Source: Utricularia gibba (Eukaryota; Plantae; Magnoliophyta). Taken from it: a stretch of 64,000 nucleotides of DNA. The stretch is from NCBI GenBank assembly GCA_002189035.1, contig CM007990.1, positions 5,642,001-5,706,000 of the forward strand, in the 5' to 3' direction. Below the pieces are notes generated by a model. That model was given only the letters and a program-made list of their open reading frames with translations, was not told the DNA's origin and did not search any database. Below are positions 1-10,940 of this stretch, piece by piece. A program made the translations under genes and the position numbers. How positions within the stretch are numbered: position 1 is the stretch's first letter; each line of letters starts with the position of its first letter.

Positions 1-104
1 GAAGCTTTAAAGTAATTAACTCGTTCAATAAACTATGTACTTTTTGCAATTTTTCACAACCTTTCCTACGAGTTTCAGGCTAATTGACTTCTTTGATGAC
101 CTAG

Positions 105-3100
105 GAAGCCACGAAGATCGTTTACTCGGGAATTCCTCTTATCACTGAGTCATTTAGACGTGTGCAAGAAGTTGCCCAGTGATTTTGATGAATCACTTCT
201 CTGGTAATGTTGGATTTAATTTCTTTGCTTATTTAAAGCTAGCTTCATGCGGTAGGTTATCTGTTGCAGCGAACTAGGGGAAGGTGTGCAAAGTTTGCAA
301 GATCGACCAAGAGTTTCTGGAAGCCACCATTTTCAAGGCTTCAGAAGAAATGATCATGGATCATCACCACCTAATCGGTGGGATTCTGCTAAGTTCACTG
401 CAGGAAGCTATGGGAAAACTGGGAGTCATTCTTCCGTTCAGAGTGATCGAGATAGTGACTCTCAGTCTGACCGTGATTCAGGTTGTTTGAGATTCACAAC
501 TCTGTACTTTGTTGATCAAAGTGGTGTTCCTGAACTCATTTTTTATTAGCCTCCTCCTGTTAACCGTCTGTCTGATATTAAACGGTATATTACTCTGTTC
601 CTGTGTAGAATCTGGAGGGCAAAGATGGCAATCTCGGCGATCCTGGCATGCCACTGAGCATGATGGCCTTCTAGGCAGTGGCACTTCTTCAAGACTTACT
701 GGATATGTACCTGGGATGTCCGCTCCAAAAGGCAAAACAAATGACACCTATCTACTTAAGAAAAGCAATGAGCCTTATCAGCCTCCAAGGCCATACAAGG
801 TTGCATAACCCCTCCAAGTATCCAAAACGTTGTTGGACTTAAATGTGCTTTTATCATGAAATGATGATGTTTATGACATTCATGCTTGCACATTTCTTCG
901 TTCAGGCAGTACCCTATTCAAAAAAAGAAACAAATTGTAATGATGAAACTTTTGGTTCATCTGACTGCATTAGCGAGGATAGGGCAGAAGAGGAGAGGAT
1001 GAGACGAGGTATTGTTTGCATTATCATGAAATGTTTCTTCCCACAAACTATCTCATTAACTTAATACATCAAGCGATTCCTGTTTCAATGGCAGCCTCTT
1101 TCGAGCAAATGAGAAAGGAGCAGCAAAAGGCTCTTCAAGAGAAGCAAATGCCAACAGTTGACCATATTTTTGATGATGCTTCTGACATTTTTGTACATCA
1201 TGATAATAAAAAGCGGGATATAGACTCTTCCGCTTATAAAGATCAGTTTGCAGCGATGGGCGATCTATGGAATAATCCATCAGGAAAATTTCCTGATGTC
1301 GTATCCTCTCCGGTATACAGACCACGTGTTCCACCTGGTTTTAAGAACAGTATTACGGGGAGGACTCCTGAATCAAAATCCAACTCAATTCATGCTTTGT
1401 TTGAGGTATACTCCAATTTTCTTGCAATACCTTCTAGCACCAATATTTTTCCTAGGCCAAAATTTTTCTATTTCATTAGTTTATTTTTCTGTACTTTGCT
1501 TTTGCCTTCTATTGTTGTTACATTCGTGTTATGCTCATCCTTTGGTGAGCAAAGAACGAAGACCTTTATATTTGTTGATGATGTCATTAAATTTTCCAAT
1601 ATTTAATATTCACTCCTTAGACCTTATCATCTTTTAAGGAGGGAATTTCAACGGAAGAAGACACTCTGGAAAGTGATACCAGTTTTCTTTATAGTAACCC
1701 TGGTCTGGAACGTTCAACAGATCAAAAGTCAGAGGCAGGGAGTCAGTTGCCTCATGCTTCCAGTAGATCCTTAGGGGATCCTGGAATCCTTAAACTTAGT
1801 CCTCATGTATTGAATGAAAAATTAGTTGTCGACAGCTATAGTGGGGCTTCAAGTTTACATTTAGGCACTATGTTATGGGGCCCTGTCTCCACCGATAGGC
1901 ACGGTATTCCTAGGAGATCTGAGGTAGTTAAATTCTTTGGTCCTCTCCTCATGTTTGCTGTTTTGATCTGAAGATTGTCAGCAGTGATAAGGCTTTTGTT
2001 TCACTGTTTTCATGTCCAGAATGAAGGTTATAAAGCGGGTGATGCAAGGAGCGCAGGTTCTTTAGAGTCATCAAGGTTTTCCCAAGGCTTTTTTGAGGCG
2101 GGTATGATAATCTACGCGTGTATATTTTCAAGAAGTTTGGTTTTCTATTCTCTCCTAAAAAGTAAAAAGAAAAACTTATTTTTGTTTCGCCTGTATGTTG
2201 GCATTCTTGCAGATGGAAGATCTGCTGATGATTTATCTTCGGGAAGGCCTGATGATATTTTGTCTTTATTAGTCATTGGTGATAAGAGCAAACACCAGGT
2301 TTCAGGCTCCAAAACAACTGAGCACTCTGATGATATCTTGCTAAGCAACTTTGAAGAGTCCAGGAAGCTTTTGTCCACTTTATCTCGCGCAGATAGTGTG
2401 GTGAATGAGCAGGCATCTGTACATAGTAAAGGAAAAAGCTTCCCCACCATACTTACCTGCGAAGACCTTGAAAATTCAATTTTGATGGATTACAGTGCAC
2501 AAAATACTGTCAACCTGCCACCTCAAAATTCCCGGAGTGCTTACCAAAATGTGGAGCCATCAAATGAGCATGTTGATGATGATGCTTCCATACAGCTGCT
2601 CTCTCTATTGCAGAGGAACTCCAATAAGAGCAAGGATGAGGAAATTTGTGTTGCAAACATCACTATATCGGAACCTCAAGTTGCCCAGAGTACAGCTGCT
2701 GTGGCTATTGCATCTAAGGAGAATGATAAAAGTATTGTGAATTCAGAAAACAAACTCACCCTTGAAATGTTATTTGGATCTGCTTTTATGAAGGAGCTAC
2801 AATCAGTTGAAGCACCTGTTTCTATCCCAAGGGAATTGGCTGGTTCTGCAGAAGTTCAGGCACCAGAGCCTCGTGGAATTACTTTTCCATTTTCTGATAC
2901 TAAGGTATTATCTGCAGTTGATCCCGTCAAAAACTTTCAAAGAGCGGAAAGTGGTCAGATGTTACATTCTTTCAATAGCCAGAAGCCAACAGAACTGAGT
3001 TCTACAGAGAATTTGCTTGGTATTGCTGATTCCAAACGTGAATTGTCTTCCTTTAATCCTCATGCCAAGGATGTCCCTGACGATGGGCGTAGTACTGAAT

Positions 3101-3999
3101 TCCAGGTGCCAGAGAACAGCATAATATCCTCCAAGGTTCCTCCACATGGATATCAGATTTTGGGGCATATGTCAGCTAGTCCCAACAACCATGAACACTT
3201 CTCTGCCAGTGCACCTCCTGACCACATGAACAGACTCTTGACAACTCCTGTTGTTAAAGACGTAGGCAGTATGTTGGGTCCAGAAATTATGGTTCCTAAA
3301 TATGGCTCTGACGAGAACATGGATCCTTACAGCAATCTTCCCCTGCAGCATTCTTCATCTCAGTTTCGGTATTTGCAAATGACCCAGGGTAGGCCATTAC
3401 CCGTCTCCACAGAGTCCTCAATTGCAAGCAGGACTTCTCAGGTAGAAGTATTGGGTGCGGAGACGTTCTATAATCATGATTCCTTTGCCGCAAATAGGCA
3501 TTTTCCGACCCTAAATCCTGGCATCGTTCATCCATTGTGTGACCCGAACACTGGAATTCCTAGATCAGATGTCGCATCTCATCATCATCCTATCCTGCAT
3601 CAAATCCGAACGCCAGGAAATTATAGCTCCCAGATGATGACTTACTTACCCAGACCTGGCACTGGCTCCCATTTTGGGACCCAAGAAACAGGTCTCCATC
3701 AGGAAAGCAACTCAAGCTTTCCCTTCCCAGCCCAGCACCGCATTCTCGGCCATCTACTTCCTACTACACCAGGTAAAGAGTTTCTACATGATGAGATGAG
3801 ATGCTAGTGTTAGGAGGCATGGGGAATGTCCGAATTAGTTACTCATACTTTCCCACTGACCATGCCAGGGACCGGCATCAATCACCGGAGTACACCCCCA
3901 GAGGCGCTTCAGAGGCTCGTTGAAGTGAACCCGAGTGCACACTTCAAGCAGGCACATCAGTTTGGTCCCGGTTACGGCCAAGGAATCCCATGGAATTGA
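105..3999 (+). CDS. CBE1: CBE1-like (At4g01290-type) eIF4E-binding protein, multi-exon, 5' end outside or at the edge of the window
   Basis: Spliced exons give KPRRSFTREFLLSLS (105-203), RNDHGSSPP..DSDSQSDRDS, RRSWHATEHDGLLG, NEPYQPPRPYK, NDETFGSSD..EDRAEEERMRRASFEQMRKEQQK, LTLEMLFGSAFMKEL, and a last exon (3869-3999) PEALQRLVE ending TGA at 3997-3999. GT-AG junctions checked were in phase. The motifs match my recollection of the At4g01290 family. Confidence 0.8.
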
Positions 4000-4779
4000 G
4001 GTATATATACACCAATTACATGGGATGTACGTACGTGTTAAGATGATAGTTTGTCACTGCTACATAGACGTCACCCGCCCCGCCCTTGATTCTTGTTTGT
4101 AGTAGTCACACGCTAACAGCACAGGAAACAGGAAGACCCCTTCGTTCACCACTGTTGTTTGTTGTTGTCCTCGGACTTCACCTTCTCCTCTGTGAATTTG
4201 ATTTGCACCTTTCAGACTTCTCTTAAATTGACCCGCGCCACAGCCCAGTAATGAAGAACTCAAAAATATAGTATTTTATTAAAAATGTTTTTTTTAAAAA
4301 AAATAATTTATCAAAAAAAGCCTAAAATTGGAAAGGACTTAGAAACCGACCGTCTAGGGTCTGGGCACCGCCGGTCACTTGGGTTTTACGGATTTGTCAA
4401 AGTCGCGTACGAGAAAAGTCCACCTCTACGTTCCGATTGAGGACCTGACTGGACCCAATCATCTCTCGAAGGAATCCTCTCCCCCTGCTGACGTCATATT
4501 CACATTCTAGAAGAACCACCCCATCTAACTAAACTATCGAGTGTGAAGGCGACTCCTCTCAGCACAACTCGTCTTCCTCCTCTATTGAATTACCATTATG
4601 CCCCCCGTTTGCACGGGCAATCCTGTAATTAACCTGAGTAATACATGGGCATAGATATATTTAACAAATAATATTTGTTAAAAAAATATCTTCACCTTTG
4701 AAAGGTCACGAGAAGGCGGGCTGAGCGAGGCTTACAGCAGCGTTTATTCATTGACCGGAACTGTACAAGTTCCCCCCCT

Positions 4780-4786
4780 TATATAA
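4780..4786 (+). promoter_or_regulatory. TATA box of the LEA_2 gene
   Basis: TATATAA about 60 nt upstream of ATG 4845; W-box TTGACC at 4751-4756. Confidence 0.6.
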
Positions 4787-4844
4787 GCAGGTACGCCACC
4801 CCAGCGAAACCTTCATCTTCACCTTCACCTTCACAGCGGAAGAG

Positions 4845-5494
4845 ATGGAGGCATCGGAGCCGGTTCGCCCCATCGATCCCCACGTCCGCGCCAACGGCGT
4901 CTCCGATCCCGCGAAACTCCGCCGCAAGAAGTGGATGAAGTACCTTGGCTACCTCGCCATACTCCTCACCGTCGAGGCTATAATCGTCCTTGTCCTGTTC
5001 CTCACAATTTTACGAGTCTATACCCGAGCATCACCCTCAACCGCGTCCAAATCGAGAATTTCCCAGCGATTAACGGCACCGCCTTCACGCCGTCGGGCAC
5101 AAACCTCACTCTCGTCTCCGATTTCACGGTGAGGAACCGCAATTTCGGCGCCTTCAACTTTCCCGTTCGAAATACCACCATCTACTACCACGGCGCGGTA
5201 GTCGCCCAGTCGCTGGGCCCTCGGGGCAGCGCCAGGTCACGCAACTCGCGCGCGATCACCACGACTGTCGATATCCCGGTGGATGCCCTGGCGGCGCAGG
5301 GCCAGAATCTGGCATCGGACCTCCGCTCGGGCCAGATCGTTTTCGGTAGCTCCACGAGACTCAGGGGGAGGGTGAGGATCTTTATCATCATCAACAGGCG
5401 CGTGACCCCCACGCTGAACTGCCTCATCACACTAGATGTTGCCTCCCGAGCGGTTACCATGAGCCAATGTAGTCCCAGTTTACGGCTTAACTAA
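4845..5494 (+). CDS. LEA_2 / NDR1-HIN1-like membrane protein, single exon, apparent 1-bp frameshift at 5023-5025
   Basis: Basic stretch plus TM helix (RRKKWMKYLGYLAILLTVEAIIVLVLFLTILRVYT) is in one frame and the LEA_2 domain (PSITLNRVQIE..TVRNRNFGAFNF..LASDLRSG..LNCLITLD) in another. Adding one C joins them into 216 aa. Confidence 0.8.
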
Positions 5495-5556
5495 CCCGCC
5501 TCCGGGTTGGCTCTTAACCCGGGTTACCGCTGGCCCTGTGACCCCCGGTTAAGAGC
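5491..5556. repeat. Two adjacent GC-rich inverted repeats directly after the LEA_2 stop codon
   Basis: CTAACCCG-cctc-CGGGTTGG (5491-5510). GCTCTTAACCCGGGTTAC pairs with GTGACCCCCGGTTAAGAGC (5510-5556). Includes the 12-bp palindrome TAACCCGGGTTA. Confidence 0.75.
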
Positions 5557-6312
5557 TCCTATCTCATCCCTTCCCGTGTGCGTGTATTTGTATTTCTATT
5601 TGTTTTTTGTTTATGGCGTTGCACTCGTTTTGTTACTCAGAATTTAATACAAATAGTTGAAAACGACGCCGTTTCATTGCAGTTCCCAAGACAAACGCAT
5701 TAACAAATTATATAGAAAGAAACTCAAAAAAACATTTGAAACAAAAAATAAATTCTACTTGAATAATTGATACTTCCTTATACACTAATATAATTATAAA
5801 ATAAATGAATTTATAATTATTGAAATAAAATCGATCAAAAACCAATTTATATAATAAATGACATAAAAATAATTATTTAACATTGGATTCAACTAATTCT
5901 CCCATTTATTCATAAATTTGGATTAATGTTTGATAATAAATTGAATTCAATTCAATTCATTATAAAAATAAAAAATAATTGTATAAGCTTGATAAAAATA
6001 TATATATCGAATCGAATAAAAAAATTAAAAATTGGAGTTAAATCCAATTGAACCGGTTCACCTAATTTTCAACCTATAAACAAATAATGCAAATGCGGGT
6101 TAAATTTTTGGCTGCGTACCTTTCTAAAATCGTGTGGACGCTCTTCTGTTAACATTTATTTGCGATTCTACGTTGGGTCCCACTTCTGGTTGGTTGTGTT
6201 TACTAATCTGCGATAAAATGGGGGAGCGCGATCGACCGCAGCATCCTGCTACCAGTTACCACTTGCGGTCACCGGAAAAAGGTTGTGTGCTAACCCCAAA
6301 CCCTGATCGGCA

Positions 6313-7740
6313 ATGGTGTCCGTCGTCTCCGACCGCCACATGGTGCTGTTTTCGCTGACGGGGATGGGGCACCTCATCCCGTTTCTTGAATTCGCGAAGC
6401 AGTTCTATTCCCGCCATGGTTTCACGGCCACCTTCGTCATACCTACCTACGGCCCCCTCCCCGCTGCGCAATCCGCTTTCTTCAACTCCCTGCCGGAATA
6501 TATCAACTACATAATCCTCCCCCAAGTCGACGTGACCGACTTGCCGGCGGACAGCATGATCGAGACACATCTCTGTGTCGGCGTCACCCGTTCCCTCCCG
6601 GCCCTTCGTGACGCCGTGAAATCGATAATGCAATCTGGGAAGAAGATCTCGGTCTTCGTCGCTGATCTCTTCGGATCAGATGGGTTAGGCGTCGCCTCAG
6701 AATTTGGGATTCCGAACTGTGTTTTTATCCCCTCTTCCGCCTCATTTTTATCCCTTTTTCTTCACTTGCCGGAAATCGACAAAGCCGTGGATTGTGAGTA
6801 CAGAGAAATGAAGTTGATAGTTCCGGGATGCGCTCCGATTCACGGCAAAGATCTTCTACCCCCGCTTCAGGATCGGAAATCCGAGGCCTACAAATGGGTT
6901 CTCCATACCTGCAAGAACTACAGAACCGCTGAAGCAATCATCGTCAACAGTTTCACAGAACTGGAGACTGCCCCAATTGAAGCTCTACAGAAACAGAAAG
7001 AGGGGATACCGCCGGTTTACGCCATCGGGCCGCTAATCCGACCGAAATCGGAACTTGCCGAGTCACCGCCGTTTATGAATTGGCTCGATAAGCAGCCGGA
7101 TGGATCACTTGTGTTCGTCTCCTTCGGTTCCGCGGGTTCTCTCTCTCAGGATCAAACCACCGAACTCGCTCACGGGTTACAACTCAGCGGTCACAAATTT
7201 CTCTGGGTCATCCGCTGCCCAAGCATCTCCTCCGATTCTAATGTGCCCTACATCTGGACTCATGATCCTAACGACCCACTGACGTATCTGCCGGAGGGGT
7301 TCGTGGAGGCGACCCGCGACCAAGGGTTTCTCCTTCCGTCGTGGGCGCCGCAGATGGAGATTCTCTCCCACCCTTCCACCGCCGCGTTTTTGACGCATTG
7401 CGGGTGGAATTCAACGCTTGAATGCGTGGTAAATGGCATTCCTGCGATCGCGTGGCCGATGTTCGCGGATCAGAAGATGAACGCGGCGTTGCTTGAGGAG
7501 GATGTGAAGATTGCTCTGAGGGTGAAGGTGGGAGAAAATGGGCTGGTGGACAGGCATGAAATCGCGGAGGTTGTCAAAGGAGTGATGCAGGGAGAAGCGT
7601 TTGGGCGCAGAGCTAGGGAGTTGAAGGAAGCCGCGGAGAGTACCCTCCGCGACGGCGGCCCCTCCGCCGTGGCCATTGACCGGCTGGTGCGCAAGTGGAC
7701 TGAACGGGTAGATGCCACCCCGGGAGTAGTTGAAGTTTGA
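6313..7740 (+). CDS. UGT72B: UDP-glycosyltransferase, UGT72B / hydroquinone glucosyltransferase-like, copy A (475 aa, intronless)
   Basis: GMGHLIPF (catalytic His), VADLFG (Asp), FVSFGSAG, PSPG box WAPQMEILSHPSTAAFLTHCGWNSTLE..WPMFADQ, PIHGKDL..P.QDRKSEAYKW typical of UGT72B. Confidence 0.92.
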   Translation: MVSVVSDRHMVLFSLTGMGHLIPFLEFAKQFYSRHGFTATFVIPTYGPLPAAQSAFFNSLPEYINYIILPQVDVTDLPADSMIETHLCVGVTRSLPALRDAVKSIMQSGKKISVFVADLFGSDGLGVASEFGIPNCVFIPSSASFLSLFLHLPEIDKAVDCEYREMKLIVPGCAPIHGKDLLPPLQDRKSEAYKWVLHTCKNYRTAEAIIVNSFTELETAPIEALQKQKEGIPPVYAIGPLIRPKSELAESPPFMNWLDKQPDGSLVFVSFGSAGSLSQDQTTELAHGLQLSGHKFLWVIRCPSISSDSNVPYIWTHDPNDPLTYLPEGFVEATRDQGFLLPSWAPQMEILSHPSTAAFLTHCGWNSTLECVVNGIPAIAWPMFADQKMNAALLEEDVKIALRVKVGENGLVDRHEIAEVVKGVMQGEAFGRRARELKEAAESTLRDGGPSAVAIDRLVRKWTERVDATPGVVEV

Positions 7741-7971
7741 GTTAGGTCGCGTGGGTCGTTGTGCGGCGGGGTTCCTGACAACTGAATAATGGCAAATTAT
7801 TGCGCCTGATTTGCAACATCAATTATCTCTTCTCATGCGGATGAAATCACATTGATCAATTGTATTTCCGTACGTCTATAAAACATTAGAATGAATTCTA
7901 TTTAAAATGATTGTGAATAAAATTAATTCTGTATTGATACTAGTTTTCTAGTTGACCATTTTAACCAGCAA

Positions 7972-8043
7972 GCGTTTGTAGTCCAACGGTTAGGATAATT
8001 GCCTTCCAAGCAATAGACCCGGGTTCGACTCCCGGCAAACGCA
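7972..8043 (+). tRNA. tRNA-Gly(TCC): tRNA-Gly (anticodon TCC)
   Basis: GCGTTTG acceptor stem pairs with CAAACGC. Anticodon arm ATTGC-CT TCC AA-GCAAT (TCC at 8005-8007). T-loop GTTCGAC, 72 nt, upstream CAA, downstream T-runs. Confidence 0.97.
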
Positions 8044-8320
8044 TAGGTATCTATTGCAATTCCTGTGCTACATTTTAAATTTTTTGTCTACTGTTAATTG
8101 AAAAGTAATTTTGAATTTGAAATTATAAGCTGTGTGAGAGAGAGTGAATCACTTACTACAAAAAGGGTGCTTCCCGCGTGACGCCGCCTTGGACTATAAA
8201 CAACTTGGAAGCGGAAACCAACAGCGGTCTCGCCTTCTTCACGAGTTCAACTGTTGAAGACGGAGTATAAGAAGGCGCGGTTATGAGGGGATACCGGCCT
8301 CGGAACTATCACCGTCGTCC

Positions 8321-10749
8321 ATGGATTCCGACTCCACTGATTCAAACTTTGGTATCGGTTTCAACCAACCCCATTTTTCCGACCGGGTGCTACGCCTTGA
8401 GATATTAGGGAATTCGGTGACTGGAGTATCGGCATCCCTCCCCGACGGAGTGGATACGGCAAGAACGAAGCGACGTTGTAGTGCTATCCTCGGAACGGAA
8501 GGCGGTTTGTCACTCGGTTTTCTTTCGGTTGATTTGATTGAACGCGCGTGATCGCATTGTGTTTCAACACCCGATTTCGGTCGATTTCACGTGTTTTCTA
8601 CCCTTTGAGATGAATCTTGAAGTGTTAATCGACTTGTCTCCACCGTGTGTTTTCTTGAATTCTCTTCGAACATGAATGGATATCTTGTGTTTGATTGGTA
8701 TTTGCGAGTACTGTTAACATTACAACCGTCTGCGGCTTTTATGACATCTTTCTTTTAGTGTTTGACTTTCTATGCATTCTGATGGGGCGCATGGCCTTTG
8801 TCGCATGTTAATCTGCCATCTCCCACACGTCTTCAGATCTGAGTATCAAGAATGAACCTGAGAAACATAATTTGGATCTGAATTCCCGTGTTGGTGCTGG
8901 AGTGGAAAATGATAATCATGATGGTGTTCTGCAAATACAGGCTTCTCAACCAGGTACAGATAATATGGGTACACAAAAAGAATAAAAGAGTACGGAGATG
9001 AAACTCTCTGTTTTATAGCTACCTTGCAGGTTGCCAAATTTGTGAGACTGGGCAATCACTACATGAGAATATGACTTTTTTATGCATCCTACTGTACAGC
9101 AGTTGCATTTGAATGTCTTCAGTATTCCTTCTGCTCCTTGATTTTTTTGAAAATGCTTTTGCTCCCTAACTGTGTTCGATATTATATGTTGGGATATTTA
9201 ATCCCTTCAGAAGACGAGTATCTCGATAGTGATGATTCAATTTTCAGCAGATGGTTCACAGCTTCTTAGAGTTGAAACATTGCACGTTTGCTCTCTCGTG
9301 TTAGCTGCCAAGAGTCTTTTTTTCTTGAAGGTTCAGGCGGTTTTGATTTCTTATGGCCGGTGTAACTTTATGAGGCATCCTTAACCGCTTTGTGCATGTT
9401 TTTTTTTTGTTTGTTTTGTTTTCTGCAGAAGCTTTCAGATGTTGGTTATCAAGGAGTTGTAACTCTAAGAATCCTTGAATCGGGTATATAGCCTGCTTTG
9501 CTGTTACTCTTTTTTGTTGTACTGAATTTTTTTGCTAGAAATATATGAAATTGTATGTGAAACTGCATGGCTTTAGCGTAAACGTCCACATTGCCTAGAC
9601 AGAGGAAGCAGCTGTCATGGAGCTTCTCGGGTTTTTGTATACCGGCACATTGGCATCCAATGCTCCTTCTGATGTGATGGATGTGCTTATTGCTGCTGAC
9701 AAGTTTGGCGTAGAGTCATGCGTGAGATATTGCCGTCGGTTGCTGAAAAACCTCCCTATGACTCCCGAGTTGGCTCTTTCGTACATGGATCTTCCTTCTA
9801 AAACCCAAAATCCTGATACTGTTGCACCCCTGACGGAAGCAGCAAAGCAGTTCCTGGTCTCCCATTTCAAGAACCTGACGATGTAAGCATTCTAGTTTTG
9901 AATATTTCCATGATTCAGATGACGTTCCTGCTGAGTTGTCGCATGTGCAGGCGCCAAGATGAGCTTCTGAATCTGCCTCTTGCTGGAATTCAATTGGTGT
10001 TGTCCAGTGACGAACTTGAGCCATGCATGGAGGAGGAAGTTTTCTATTTCGCTCAAAAGTGGGCGAAACGTCATTATCCCGATCTTCAGGAACGACGGAC
10101 CATCCTCTCCGACACCCATCTCGGCGGCTGCATTCGTTTCTCCCGCATTTCACCCTGGAATCTGAATGCCCTCCTCTCCTGCGACGACTTGGACCCTGAT
10201 TCCGCAAAAGCGTATGTGCTCCGCGGCCTACTCCCCCACTCTGAGTCATACCCCAAGGAACGCCCCTACAAGTTCCGCCCCATAAAAATCATCACCTTCG
10301 ACCGTCCACGGCAGGAGTGCGCCGTTTACCTGGAGCTCAAAAGAGAAGAATGCTCCAGTTTGTTCCCAGCAGGTGACGTCCAGACTCAGATCTTCAACCT
10401 GGGAACACAACACTTGTACCTGTATGCCAAGTGCAACATGCACCCGCAGAGAAACAACGTCCGGTGCTTTGGGCTCTACCTGCAGATTTATCCTCCCCCC
10501 ATGGCGCCGTTGCCAATTGACTTGGGCTTGTCCTTCTCCGCAAGGTTGAAGGCCACGGAAGAGCTGGTCACCTTGCACAGAGGGCGTCACAGGGTCGTGG
10601 GTAACAACCCCATGGGATGCCACAACCTGTTTAGGATCCCCTGGGACAGCTTCATTGCCCAAGACAGCCAATGCTTCATCGACGGCGTCCTTCACCTCTG
10701 TGCGGTCATCACCATCAGAAACCATACTCTTGCGTTGGAAGCAAGCTGA
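8321..10749 (+). CDS. POB1-like: Divergent POB1/LRB-like BTB-BACK protein (Cullin3 adaptor family)
   Basis: Exons 8321-8504, 8837-8953, 9248/9251-9330, 9429/9432-9483, ~9604-9883, ~9950-10749. Motifs NFGIGFN..FSDRVLRLEI, LHVCSLVLAAKS, EEAAVMELLGFLY, AADKFGVESC, ERPYKFRPIK..CAVYLELKREEC..NLFRIPWDSF..GVLHL. Confidence 0.85.
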
Positions 10750-10802
10750 GGCAACCAAAAAAAACCACTACTGGTTTGATGAAGTGGTTCAGTCACACGC
10801 CC

Positions 10803-10940
10803 TGACGTCACGCTGTTGGCATCATCTACGTCACTCATTTTGGTTGTTGGCGGCGTGTTCTAGAAGGTGGGGCCCTCCTTGGGGAACTACCTTGCCATGT
10901 GGTACCCCCGATCATGCAACGCGTCCATGTCCACGTCATC
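10803..10940. promoter_or_regulatory. Cluster of ACGT-core bZIP-type motifs upstream of UGT copy B
   Basis: TGACGTCA at 10803-10810, ACGTCA at 10828-10833, CCACGTCATC at 10931-10940. They lie 400-540 bp upstream of ATG 11344 and also fall in the BTB gene 3' region. Confidence 0.4.

Noticed and set aside
8044-8160. Possible tRNA-Gly-snoRNA dicistron
   Set aside because: The known plant case uses tRNA-Gly(GCC). No C box follows this tRNA, and T-runs terminate Pol III soon after it.
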